From positions 41,292,001 to 41,356,000 of the forward strand of contig JBNRSN020000017.1 of the NCBI GenBank assembly GCA_051313645.2: 64,000 nucleotides of DNA, written 5' to 3'. The notes under the pieces were generated by a model that saw nothing but the letters and a program-made list of their open reading frames with translations, was not told where the DNA came from and searched no databases. The translations under genes and the position numbers were made by a program. Shown here in pieces: positions 13,403-27,217 of this stretch. The DNA comes from Centroscyllium fabricii (taxonomy: Eukaryota). Position 1 is the first letter of the stretch. Every line of letters starts with the position of its first letter.

Positions 13403-13510
13403 AAGAAAGGAATTGCACGATACAGCACCTTTAGCCTCCTCAGGACATCCCAAAGTGCTTCGCAGTCAATTAATTACTTTTAAAGTATAGTCACAGGTGG
13501 TTTGCTGGCA
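13403..13510 (-). mobile_element. SacSINE1-like tail fragment
   Basis: Similar to 10934-11030 (AGGACATCCCAAAGTGCTT). Confidence 0.6.
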
Positions 13511-16500
13511 TATACTGAAAATAGCAAACAACCATAGAAATGTCACTGTGAATAGAAATACAGTTTATTCAAAATCATGTACTCCTCAAAATGTGATTAT
13601 TTCTCCACAAAATGTTCTCTTCCTGTCTGCAGACCCTGGCACCATATAGTAAAACACGCCCTCTTCCTGTCACATGCCATGGAAAAGATTAAGGGGTATA
13701 ATGACAGCAGTTAACCATTGCAATTGAAAATGCAAAATGCATTGGATAAATGTCCAATAAATAAAATCTAGGAAAACAATTTAAAAAAAGGGAGAAGCAT
13801 CATTTATATGATTTTAAAAAGTCATATTTGGAAATACTTCAAGGCTACAACATATTTGCCAGCATTGGATAATTGCATAGCCATCTGAAGACCACATTCA
13901 GTTTATAGGCACTATGTGTGTTAAAGCCTTCTAAGAAATACCCAGGCAAGTTTACTATCTATATGTTATCTGAGGCCGGGGTTCAAATGGAATCATTAAA
14001 AGGCATTCCAGCAAGAAGTCTTTGTCAACTTTAACATGTATAAAAATCAGAATTAAATAATTTAGAGATTTCTAAGCTAGGCAAATTTAATATATTGTTT
14101 AAAGGTTCTAATCAAGAATATAGGATTCTGAGATCGCTGTATGAAGATGTCATTATTTGAAAACTAGAATGAAATAGCTAAAGATTTTAGGGACTATTTT
14201 TTGGCAATTAACTCCCCCCCCTGCACAGAAAGCTGCTGCTGTCTTCAACTACTGCAATCAGTTTGAGGAGTTGAGGATTGCTGTCTGACTTTAAAGACTG
14301 TGTTATTGCAAAATGATAATGACCACCAAAAATCTCAGAACGATAATCTCGTATGTTAAAAAAAACCTTTCCCTCCACATAATTGTGCTTATGTTGTAAA
14401 ACAATTTACAATTAATTTACTAATACGGATAAGTGGATAGATTGGATTACAATGATTAAAGTGTACAGCCCCTTGTCGAGTACATGTCTCAACATTTTAA
14501 ACAGTAATCTATGCTAACCATGGCACGGGTTTGGCCACATTTTTCCTCGATTGTGTACACCTCCACAATTTGTTACAACAAGCGGGTGTGCACGTTTTGT
14601 AACGTCTTTAAAAACCGGCAAATTGTTTCAAAAAAAATCTCAAGCCTCTCGTTTGAATCGAGAGTCGCGATTGGGAATGATCGCGATTTGAAATGGTTCT
14701 CAAAGGAAACTCGCTGGGATATTATTACCTGCTCCATTTAGACAGTCTGAAGGAACAATTGTAGCATTTTCTGTTGTCATTTCGGATTTAGTATTTTGCT
14801 ATCGTGAAGTAAAAATGTGTGTTTGATTTTATTTGTTTTGAAAATGCGCCGATTAAATTGCATCTGAAGAAACCAATCTGAGAATGTGGCCCCTGTAAAT
14901 GAGATATATAATGGAAGGGGGTGGCTGTTGTAAATGAGGGAGAAAATAAAACAGCCGAGGTTTTTCTAAACAGACTGAGTGAGGGGAGATCAGCGGGAGT
15001 TGGAGAGTAAATAAATAGTAAGATTAGAGAGGGCGGGGCGGGGATCTCAATTCAAACCCAGCACAATGCAGCAGCCCAGCCGCCCCGAGTCCTCACTTAT
15101 TTTTTTGAAAAACAGAATATTCCAAACAAAATTCAAATGAGCAAGTTCGCTGCATCTTCGCCTGCCTCGGCGGGATAAAGCAGAAAGGCGCGTAACAGCT
15201 CGAGTCTTGTCTAAAAGCCGTAAAGATTTTAACTGGGAGGAGAATCCCTTTAGGGTTTGACCACGGATGGTTTATTTTTTTAAAAAATATTTCTTTTAAA
15301 TCAGAACCGGTTCGCTACAGACGCCGGGAGCGGAGGGGATTTATTCTTCTTTAGCACAGCACCGGATTATTTAACACTTCGAAGTTAAATATCTCTGGTG
15401 TTTGACTTGATAAATCTGAGGCAGAGATATATAGGGTAACCTCCACTCGCTCCGTTTACGAAATGGTTAGTTAACTGAATTAGCAATTCAAGCCCGCCGC
15501 AGCCTCTGCTGTCTAATTTCCAGCCTGGATCTTTCATTTCGAAGCGAGATCTGCTTTGTGCCATACTTCGTCATATATTTCAGTCTCCCGAGTCCACGCT
15601 AGGTTGGAAATGCTGCAAAAAAAAAATCGATAGCAGAGCCCTGGTTTGGGGACCGGAGGAGTTTGCAAGGTTTTATGCCAGAACTGAGTCTCAATGCGTT
15701 TCTCCAAAGGAAGTACAGTAATTGCGAATGAAAAGAATGATTAAGGGATAAAAGCTGAATGTTTCAGCTGTACAAAAGCGAAGACCAGTTGTAATGCACC
15801 CTCGGAATCTCGGATCTAATCCTCGAGTTGGATTCGAGGACCCAGTAGAATTAAGAATCTCAAACGATCCGGGACGACTTTTTTTTTTAATGTGTTTTGT
15901 TTTTTTTGCAAACTCGGTACCGAGGTAAAGCACAGTCCCCAACCACCCCCACCCCCCACCCCCACACACAGCTTTTCCTAAAGAGCCCGGCTGAATTTGG
16001 GTGTTTGCAGTGTGGTGAGACGCAGGCTGCCCTCTGAGCGCCCCGCCAGGGCTGGCCAGGCGCGATCAAATGGGCTTTGGAAATGAGGGCGAATTTGCTT
16101 TATCGGTCACTTTCAGACTGACATTCAGCGAATGTGGAACACTGTTTTTTTTTAATATGTGTACAGTAGTTGCTAGTTACTTTAATGCATGGCATTTCTT
16201 GATGTGTGTAGAATCTGCATCCTCCTCCCTTATTGTTCCAGTCCTGGCCGTTTAAGTATTTTAAAGCAAAGGAAATTCTCCCCAGGAAATGCCTCATTGT
16301 CCATCAGAAAGTAAATGCCACAAACACGAATGAGGCTTTCAATGGCGTGATCTTGATTTGTAATCATTCTCATTTTTTTTAAATGCAAGAAACAACTTCA
16401 CTGTTTGATGTTTTTCTTGTCTTTCCAATCGCTCCTAATTCCAAAACTTTACAAAGGTCTGAGCGTCTTTATGTTTCCAAGGTTATATCAGAGGCATTAA

Positions 16501-18184
16501 CCCTCTAACATACCACAAGACCAGGAACGTTCCAGGAGCAAACGCTGCAATTCAGACTCGCAATTACCAGCAGAACCGGCTGGAGACCTTTCCACCATCG
16601 AATCTCTCGGCCTAAATTGGCCAACTTTTATTTTTCAGCGTGGCTGCTGTTTCATCTTTACTAAGTGCCAAAACATCCAAGGCAATCTTTTTTTTTCTCC
16701 AAATGTTCCAAATCGAAGATTTGAGGATATTAGGAGGAGTGTGGGGAGGGAGGGTATATTCAGGGCTTGGCACACAAAAAAAACTCGATAAATCAGCAAC
16801 AACAAAAAAGGAAAACTATAGCGACTGGACACTTCACAACCTCTAATGATAGAGAGGCGTTCGTGTCCAATCGCCCAGCTACTGAGAAAAACTACTGGGT
16901 GAGGCAAAACCCGAAGAAAGGCAGGGACCCAGTCCTCCCAGAACCATCAAACTGCCTGCTCCCACTCCGTCTAGTTCAGTTGCATGCCCATGTACACACG
17001 AACTGTACAGTTCTCCCAAACGAATATCAGTATTGACTTCATATTAAGAATGGTTCCCCGACTTTAATGTCCGGTATCTTTATTAATAATCGGCCATATT
17101 TATGTTTCTAAGTCAATATACTGCGTAGATACGACCTATCCTGTCGTGATATTAAATAGAGATTTGCCTGCCTGTGTACCGGTACCCATTATTGTTTCTG
17201 CTCGGTTTAAATGAAACGTTAGCTTTATGTACATGTTTCTCTGATAGGTACAAAATACACACGAACATACCTATCTATCTGCATCTCTCCGTTATGTTTC
17301 ATCTGATAAAAGTAATAAATCAACTCGTCTATCGACTTGTCTGTCCAATAAATCTATTTGACTAATAAAACTATCTAAATATTGATCTACTTTTCTATTG
17401 ACAGGCAATTTCACAAATAAAATGGGAAACCTTTACAAGTGGGCAGTGTGTTGTCGGTCGGTGAGAAACACAACCCGAGGCTGACAGCAACGGTGCAAAA
17501 ACAGCGAGAAATGACTTGGAGCCTGGCTAATGATACAGAGGCGAGAAACTGGGGGGGGTGGGGGGGGAGCGGGGAAAACTGAGATTCTTTGTATCGACAT
17601 GAACAAAAGCTGGCGGGGACATTAACAAAATAAAAGTGCAGAAATCGTCAGAAAAAAAACCAGAAGGCCAAAGAGGGAAATTTATGTTGAGATGAAACAG
17701 GCGCGATTCAAGTTCCTTCTGTGTGTGTTTGTCAGGCGGAGAGAGATCGCTTGATTTAACCTGGCTTCGGATGTGTAAATGGTGGATTTGCAGGTTTCGT
17801 TTCATTCTTGTGCAATTTCATTTGTAATATTTAAATGATCCAGTGATTGGAGAAATATGCGGGTTTGCAGCATTAACCTAAAGTGGACCCCATGGAACAA
17901 AAAATGTTTTTTAAAAATTGCAGTAAACGTCGCCCCGCCGTGAACCAGCAGACCGCTCCATTGTTGCCATTTTGGAAAGAACTGCATGTAGAAGACTATC
18001 AGTATATTCACACATTCCCAGCCTCTGAATATAGCATTACTATTCTTGTTCGCAAATGCCTGCAAACGCCGTGCAGAAATGACAAACATACTAAGATCAC
18101 CTTTTAGACGCTGGAATTAATGGGGCTTTGATATCTGGGGTGTACACTGAACCGGAACTGACCCTCGAACAGGTAGCTGCCAAT

Positions 18185-18252
18185 AATGGGAATAACTTTT
18201 TTTTATTAATAATGGGAATAACTTTTTTTTATTAATAATGGGAATAACTTTT
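18185..18252. repeat. Short tandem repeat, ~26-bp unit x ~2.7
   Basis: TAATGGGAATAACTTTTTTTTTATTAA repeated in tandem. Confidence 0.9.
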
Positions 18253-20878
18253 TCCGAAGACAGTTCAGTTAGGGCATAACTTGCTTTTGTTGTTTCACAG
18301 ATTTCCATTGTATCGGCTGCATGACTCTCTGGGCTGGGGCCGCTGATCAAATTCCTGGATCCTTTGGTTCCTGGTAGTTGATCACGTTCAGCAAAGTGCA
18401 AACTGGGGAAGAAAAGTTCGAACAGCAACGATCGAATTCAGCTCACTGCCCATTTGGACAATAGGAATAGCGTTTGCTTCAAGATACTGCCTGCCCGGTG
18501 TGAAAAGCGTTACTGTCTTGTGGTAAAACAAAACCAAAATCTGTTAAAAGTTCATTCGAATGAAGTCATGTATAAAAAAAAACTTTGGTGAAACGACACT
18601 GATATCTACAAACCAACAGGAAAAGGGGGATTACACAGATCATTCGAGTGAATTGGCCTAATTTTATGTTGTTGCATTTTGTCAAAAAAAAAGTATTTAC
18701 TCTGAACGGCTTCATTTGATGTAATGTGATTATTGTCTATCAATACACGGATCAATCGCTAGTTAAAAGCTTGAACAAAGAGATATTTAAAAACTGGTAT
18801 CTCTTAAAATTTCCGCTCGCCATTGGCTTCTGATCTTTATATGTAACGTGCACTGGTGAAAAGGAGCGGCTCCTCGGGTTCAATCAATGGCGAGCGCTGG
18901 TCACTTCAGTATAAAGGTAGAGCCCGCCTGCTAAGATTGGTTTACATTGCAGTCAGATTAATAAAACGTCTTGACTCGGTGCCAAGTGCATCAAGCGAAA
19001 CGTTAAAAAAACAGACATCTTACAGGACTTTGGTCTATTCAGAATCCCTGTCGATATTCGCAAACATGGTCGTGATTTCAATATTCCTCACAACCTTGTC
19101 ATCGTGCTGGTGAAATCCCTAATGAAAGTCTCGGATTCACAATTGGGATTTTAATCCACCAATTTGACCATTTCCAAACACGAATTTGCCGCCACATTAT
19201 AACTCGCATCAGACGGTATTAAATATGTTGGAACTAACAGTGATCCATCAATCCCAATACTTCCAGGCAACAATCTTCCTTCTCATTTGACTAATGCAAT
19301 ACCTGCTCAGCATTTGCCTCCAAGCAAAAATAGCACGGGATGGAAAATGACTTGTTTTATAGATCTCGAAACGTTTCTTTCTGCAGTTCCATGTGGGTTT
19401 GCAGAAACTCTGCGACTTACCAGCAGCCTCAGAGTGGAGCGGGTGACCGGGATATTGTCGACTACCTCAATGATGGCAATTTCAGCATTTTCCTATGTAA
19501 CACATGCAGAATCGCGCCACCTCTTTTACACTCCTAACCCCCAGCAAATGTATTATTTATCTCCCGCATTTGTCAGTGCATGCAAAGGTGGCGGCGAGTG
19601 GCTTGTTCTTCTGGGGGTGGGGGGTTGGAGATGGGACTGGGAGGGGTAGATGTTCCCTGACTATTCTCGGCGGTGACTGAAGTGATGTTGGGGTGTTTTT
19701 TTGTTGCCCAGAAATATTACCAAGCCCCGCCGAAGCCGGCACCACGAGGGACGCGCTTGTGTGTGTCTGTGTGTGATTTTCCTTTTTTTAAGATGAAACT
19801 TGATCCAAACTATATACTTAGAAACCATCACTGGGAGAGAAAAAAATCAGGAACACCAACATTCAAAACATCTGCTCTGACAAAACCAAGAACTGACAAC
19901 CTCTTTATTATTGTTACTGCTGTTACTACAGAGTAATGCCGAGTAGCATTTGTGAAGGACTGCGATGTTTGAATCGGAATTTCTCGTTGGAATGGTGCAG
20001 TGGAACTCTGTGCGTCGGTGGGTCTGTGAGTTCTACAATAGTGTCCTATATATATTTATATATTAAACTATATATATCATTAGTACCATTCCAAGGGCAT
20101 GGCGCATAGTTGCACACCAACCCAAGCTCAGCATTCTGCCTGCTGTTGCCTCTTCACGGAGCAGGCGGTAGAATACTTTTCTCTTGCTCCAACGCCTGTG
20201 CAGTATTTGCTTAACAGAATACCAGAAACACTTGACCAAGCCTCTGAATGTCGAGTGAACCCATTTTCACCCTTACACTTCGCAAACCATTTTAGAAACC
20301 GGATTTTCGAGCATCACACCACACTATTGCACACCCCGCAGACAGATCCACCGCCACTTAGCTTAACGTGACGGCGATCTCTGGTTGAGTAGCACCATTC
20401 AACATGGTATCGCACGATTACATTTCTGCAGAATAGGCAGAACATATAACGGTCAGAATGTACCTATTGCATTGCCCTGCATCAATATACACATCTCCTG
20501 TGAACAGCCTCGCTGTTCAAGGTGACTACAGTCTCTTTGTACTGGATAAGAGTATCTGAATATGCATCCCTTGCTTACTTTTCTGCAGAATGTGATACGC
20601 TTATCAGGTTTTTTTAAACAACAGTATAAAGCATTATTCTTCAAAGTAAGCGGAACAATTCTAGCTTTTAATGCTAACAGACATCGATTCATTGTATACT
20701 AAACATCGCTGCTTTTCTCCGACAGTGATAAATGCTATTTAACAAAAGCCTGCATGAGACCATGCTTTGGGTTAAAAAAAAAATCAGGGTAATTTGCAAA
20801 ATTATTTATTTCCACTATGCAGTCTAGACTTGTGTATATTATAGACACACGCGCGCCAGTTCGGGTTAAGAGTGACTA

Positions 20879-21239
<361 letters not shown>

Positions 21240-22795
21240 CTGCAAGAGAGGGAGAATCAGCCATCAATCGCACACATCTACACCCCGCACTTCAAGCCCA
21301 GACACAGAAACTTCGCGGGCTCCTTCCTGCCTTTCTCGCAGCCGCCATACTGCACCAACAAGTACAATAAGATCAAATGAAAACTCACACCCTTCCTCGA
21401 TCATTCAAAACCACTCCATTTTCCAGCTGGCTTCTAATAACAGAGAATGGAACAGATAAACTCACACACAGTCTCCCTTCAAACCATATATTTTAAGAGG
21501 AGAACGGACGATTTAAATAACCCGTTTTTGTTTTAAATTCACTCTCTCTTCCAAATCGCCCCAATTTACCTCAACACGGAGTCGGTCCAACAAGAGAAAG
21601 AAAATTAAACCAAATATCTGCAACACAGAGCCTGCATTCAGCGCACGGCTCCCGGGGACATAAATTACTCCTGACATTCAGAGGATTGAACAATGAAATG
21701 TTTATTAAAGGCGGCCCCTGTTTCTAAGACGAATTGGTTTATGCAGCAGAATTTGTACTGTATTTTGCTTTTAACGTTTTGTCCAGTTATGTGTGCAGGA
21801 TATTTTTACACACCCGCTTTGAGGCAAGCGCGCACACACACTGGGGCTGCATTGGCAATTCAGCACAAGCAGCGATCGCTCACATTCGGATGCTCGTAAT
21901 ATGTCTTTCATCCTTCCTGTCGATTTTCCAGCATTTTCCCTTTCTTGCCCTCCCCTCCTCTCTTTCTATCCATCTGACATCGCTTTCAAGAGAAAAGTTA
22001 CCATTGCCACAACCCGTACAGAGAGTTGTGCGAAATATTTGAATGACTAAATGGAGACGTTATTGTTGAGGAATTGAAATGGAAGACCCACACCCCCTCC
22101 CCTTCTTATCCAACGTGATTATCTCAAAATTTGCTTTTTATTTGTAAGGCCTCCGAGTCTGTAAAATACACATACATACAAATCCTAAAAAAGCAGACTG
22201 CATTCTGCTCTCTACAGCTAAAACGAATGCATGCCTCTTACCTACTCTACCTAGATTGCAATTTAAAGAATTGGCCACAAAGATGCAGCAATTAATCGAC
22301 CGACCACGATATTACGTTTTAAAAAATAATTAAAATGGGGATCGTGTAAACTGCTCGCTTTTTGTAATGTGGGGAGTCGAGTTGTCAGTTCCCAGTACAA
22401 TATGACCACTGTTTTCAGTCTCATTCTCCACCTGGCACTGCTGGGTTTTAAAATTAAAAAATCCAGGCGTTTCTTTCCTCGCCGACAAGACAGAGGTGAA
22501 AGTTATCGCTGCTTCTTGCTGCTTTCGTACGTTCAGGATTTAAACAAAAAATGATACCATCTCTCCAAATACCGAATCTGAATGAGACATTCCGTATCAT
22601 CACAGCGCGATAAGGAAGCGGCTTCAGCTCAGACCCGCTCCCTCTGCTCAGTGTCCTCCTGACCAGATCACAGCCTGCTCCACAGACTTTATATATATTG
22701 ATTGATATTTTTTTTGGAGAATTAGGGAAGCATTTGAGACGGTGTTTGGGGTTGGGGGAAAGCTTGGTGAGTGGGGATCTGATCGTTGTCCTCAC

Positions 22796-23200
22796 CAATG
22801 CAGCCGGGCTAGAGAGCGCACAGAGCGGGGTCCACAGCCACAGCTCGCCGCTGGCAGCTTCGGTCCCGTTTTATTTTTGCAGACCAAAGTGGGATTTCAC
22901 AAACCCCCCCGCCCACCCCCCCAAAAAAAAGAACGGTTTATTCATTACATTTCTTTTGATAACAAACAGACGGAAATACAATAGGTTACACTTTTAAAAT
23001 AACACATTTTAATTTTTGTTTTTGTATTTTGACTTTTATTGTACATATGTAGCAAAAACGTGTACTTACTGGAATTCCGAGTATACACTGCCTTATTGTG
23101 AAAAAAAAAGCAACAAAAAAAAATACTAATTTTTAATTATCTGGACGCTATGTGACATGCTACACTTCTGAAAAGGTTGCAGTTGAGCACGAGCACTAAA
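22796..23200 (-). other. Probable non-coding exon 1 of BAHCC1 (5' limit approximate)
   Basis: Minus-strand donor TTG|GTGAGG at 22796/22795 and an alternative donor CCA|GTAAGT at 23070/23069. Both lie just downstream of the CCAAT-containing promoter and upstream of the 21239 acceptor. Confidence 0.5.
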
Positions 23201-23254
23201 AGATTTCTTTGCTTCAACAACTTGTCTGTACAATGAGGCACGCACTGCTAGCAA

Positions 23255-23500
23255 TCCTGGGCTCTTGTCAATCAAACTGTGTAAACAAGACTCCCATTGG
23301 CTGGCGGCTGGCCAGAGTCCCGTCAATCAAACTGTGTAAACAAGCCTCTGATTGGCTGGCGGCCAGTCCCCGCGCCGGGCTGCCTGAGAAGTAATTAGGG
23401 TGCGGCGACGGTTTCGCGGCGCCCCCCCCTCCCGCCCCCCTCCTCGCTCAGAGCCTACGAGATATAAAGGGAAGTGACGGTTTCGCGGCGGCCGCTGAAG
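23255..23500. promoter_or_regulatory. CpG-rich core promoter, probably BAHCC1 and possibly bidirectional
   Basis: Two CCAAT boxes (ATTGG 23296-23300 and 23351-23355), a duplicated GTCAATCA/TGTAAACA module, GC boxes, duplicated GACGGTTTCGCGGCG (23407, 23476), + strand TATAAA at 23463-23468 and ETS-like GGAAGTG. Confidence 0.7.
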
Positions 23501-26500
23501 AGACCCAAATGGCCCCAGAGCAGAAAAGGGGAAGAGTGTAAGAGTGGAGTTGTAGTGCAGGAGGAAGGTGATCTTCACAGAGAAATACTGAGTGAGGAGG
23601 GGAGTAGGGGGGGAAGCAATTACGTGGGGGGTGGGGGTGGAAGTGGAAACGTAAGGCTGCAGGATTTCACAACAGAGAGGCAGTCAGAGTGATCAGCAAC
23701 GTGGAAGCAAAGGACAGAACAATTACAAGACAAAAAGGTGCTTGAAAGGAAACAGGAAGAGCGGGGGAGCAGACTTATTCCCAACACCAGGAAGGAGATT
23801 ACTGCGGCTGAATGAAATGACCAGAGGAGCCAGTAACCAGGGGACAGAATAGGAGACTTTCAAAGTCATTTAACATGCATGAGGGTGAGTGCGAGAGAGA
23901 TACAAAAAGAACAGGGATCCCATATGACCAAAATAAAAAAAGAGGGAAGATTGTGATTTCAGAGCTGCAGCTTAAATGGAGAGAAACACACACACAAAAA
24001 AATATGAGCTCGAAAAGAAGGAAAACAAATGTGTGATCTGAAAAGAATTCTACGCGATAGGCTGAAGAAATTCAATGCATGATGCTCGGCGTGAGGAGGA
24101 AGTTTGGAAGGCAACGTGCCTGTGGAAAACACATGGTGCTGTGAGCTCGCATCCGCGTGGACACATTTCCTTCTTCACTGCAGGAGTTTCAAAAAAGGGA
24201 AACAAGACAACTCGAGGTGGGTTTATTTTATTTTTTAATTCTATTTTTGTCTGTCACCCTCTCCCTTTCTTCTGAAGCAATACCAGTCTCGTTCAGATAT
24301 ATATATATGTAAACCTGTGTATCTGTTTGGTTCTCTCTCTCCCTCCTTCCCCCCCCCCTTTTATTTCTAACTTGTAATCCTTTTTGCCTCCCCTCTCTCT
24401 CACTTTACACCAACAGTGCACAGAGGCGCCCTGTTGAAGCCTGGAGGACCAGTGGATAGGATAATTAATGCAAAATGACTGATGGCTGTTGAAGAAGGCA
24501 AGTCCTGCAAAGAGGATTGCGCCTGGTCAATGAAGCATCACTGACTGACAGTTTCCTTCGATCTTACACCCAGATCCAACTACCGGAACGAGGGGTTGTC
24601 ACCGGAGGCCGGAGGCTACTCTCTACATGCTTGCCATGCGAGGCAAAACACACCAAAAACAGGGGGGGAAGAGGAACAGAAGGCTTCTTAAAAACGCAAT
24701 TTCACAAAAAAAACACAGGAGGAACCGATAGGTATAATAATTAGTGCGGAGTTGCATCTGAGCGAATGGAAATATTGTATGTTATATTTAATTGTGTATT
24801 AGAAACTTTTCAGTATATAGTCAGTCCACAAGGGTTTGCATAAGCACCCGTTTGTATAGGTTGACTACACAGATCTACTTGGATAAATTAACGTGTTAAA
24901 ATCGACAGTACCAACATCTCGTTTGCCCCTTAATATAAATTGTCCATTTTAGGCCGCTTTCATGAATTCAGAACCAAGCAACCAGTGATCGCTGGGCTCT
25001 GGAGCTGATTCGGCAGCCAGCTTACTGCAGTAAAATGGCAGTGCGTTTCAGAGGGGAAGTCGCGTCCGGTCAAAACAAAATGAGAGAAATTCAAACGGGA
25101 AAGGCACCAGCCCGTTATTTTTGCTGTCCGGCTCCAACATGAGGTTGTAAAAGAGCCTCGGCAAGCGGGAGGCTGTTACTTTAATCCGCCCAGCTTTGAG
25201 CGAATGTGAGAAATCTCTCTAATGGGGCACTGCATCTGTGTTGCATCAGGAGCTGTTGAGGTCACTCGTAAATGGTAGAAGCTATTGGCGCGGCCGCTTC
25301 ATTACGAGGCATTTTATTGAAGAAAAACATAAAAGTAAACGGGGCTCGAAAGGACTGAAAAGCGGTTTACAGTCAGCGGACGTTTAGTCCGGCCTTTTAT
25401 TTTTTTTGTTGCTTTCTTTAATCGTGTGTTTAAGTGGAATTTTCGGAGACATTAATCTGCACAGATCACGTTTCGAAAGAGGTGCTTTTTTTTTTGGAGG
25501 GGGGGGGGATCTGGTTTTCGCTTTAATAAGTTGGAATCTACCGATAGCCATAAAGAGCACTTTTAAACATCAATTAAGAGAAAGTGTTCCAAAGGTAAAC
25601 CAGATGTCTGTCCGTACTTAGTATTACAATTCTAAGTGACTGTAACGGCAAATCAAAGAAAACACATAAAAACCGAAATACCTCATAAGGTCAGACATTT
25701 CCTTCTTTAGGCTCGAACAGCTTTTATCAAAAAAAAATAAAGAATACACATTTGCACAATGGGCCCTTTATTGTCCGGTGGCGCTCTCACACGGTATCAT
25801 TAAGTAACTAACGTGTAATCGCAAGAAGGAAACTTGCCAAAATGATTGAAAATAAAAAGACAGCAATTCCCTTCCAAGGGCGGCGGGAACCTTTCTCCCG
25901 GCGTCTGTGAAAGGACTTTGTACTAAACTCTTTCCTTATTTATTTTAGAAATGAATCGGTAAAGGACGCGACAGTTCACTAAAACGGTGGAGCTTTTATC
26001 TTTTTTTAACAGGAACCCAACAATTTCTGCAAATTTCTTTCACACAATGAGTCCTTCCAAGGGGGACGAAATCAGACGTGCGATGAGCATACCCAACTGC
26101 AAACGCTGTTAATCTTCCTGCTGCGATGGTTCCCTTTCTCCCCAGTTTTCTTCAAACGGCAAGTTTCCACATTTAACAGCACAACACACGTGGATTACGT
26201 GAGAGAGAGAAAATCGCAAGCACAGATGGACATTGTGTGCCGGTGAATTCTTTACCAGTATCTTTCCCCCTAACCAGGGGCATTTCTGCCGGCTGGTGGT
26301 TTTTTTGTGTGTGTGGCCAGGGGTGCCTGGCTGAATTCGGAGTTTGAATGTGGTAAAGGGTCCTGATCGTCCTGCTGCTTAGATAAGCACACAAGTAATG
26401 CGAGCTTAGCACGACGTGAACTCGGCGGGCGTGAGCTTTCAAACCAACTCGAGGAGGTGAGATTCACTCTCCAACAAATTCTGGGCCTAACAAAAGGATT

Positions 26501-26790
26501 GCAATCCGGATTCTTTAGCCATATATGTGTATTGGACGCTGCTCATCTGATAATCACTGTCAGAACTCACACTTTTGTTGCTAAGTTTCATTATTGAGAA
26601 TGTTTACTTGCGGGCGCATATATGACAAATATCACTTTCTCTAGTTAATGTTCAAAGAACCCGAACGCCTTAAAACCAGCGCTTTATTTATGTTTGAAGT
26701 CGGGCAGTGTGAAATAGTTTTAAATCCCCCAAGTTCTAACAATCAAGTGTGTCATACATTTTACGAGAAGACTCCCTTATACTTGGAGAT

Positions 26791-26883
26791 CTCTTTGCCT
26801 GACGAAGGGGCAGACGCTCCGAAAGCTTGTGATTTAAAATAAAACGTTGGACTTTAAACCTGGTGTTGTGTGACTTTTTGCAT
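26791..26883 (+). mobile_element. 93-bp Penelope-like terminal fragment with minimal hammerhead motif
   Basis: CTGACGA-AGGGGC-AGAC-GCTCC-GAAA-GCTT-GTGA, with a perfect 14-bp TSD TTATACTTGGAGAT (26777-26790, 26884-26897). Confidence 0.85.
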
Positions 26884-27217
26884 TTATACTTGGAGATGCA
26901 ATTGTTGCTGGCTTGGTCAGGTTTTGTTAGTTCCTCATTGCACATTCTGATGATCCATTACATGCGGAGAGCAAGCCAACAACACCAGGGTAGGACAGGA
27001 CATTCGAATAGGTGGTTTCCATTTACGTTTTGTGAATATTGTTACGATTGCAGATTTTTTAATGGATTTGGCGTTTTCTGAATAAACCATTTTATGGGAG
27101 AAATCCACGTGTAACAAATGTCTGCGAAGTGGGCTAAAAATTCAGCTACAGATATTATATATACAGGGGTATATATGCTTTGAATATTTCCATGTATCCA
27201 CGGGTAATTAATTTAAA

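Noticed and set aside
15799-15840. Small hairpin CCTCGGAATC...GATTCGAGG
   Set aside because: Too short and imperfect for a pre-miRNA, and no known mature miRNA is recognised.
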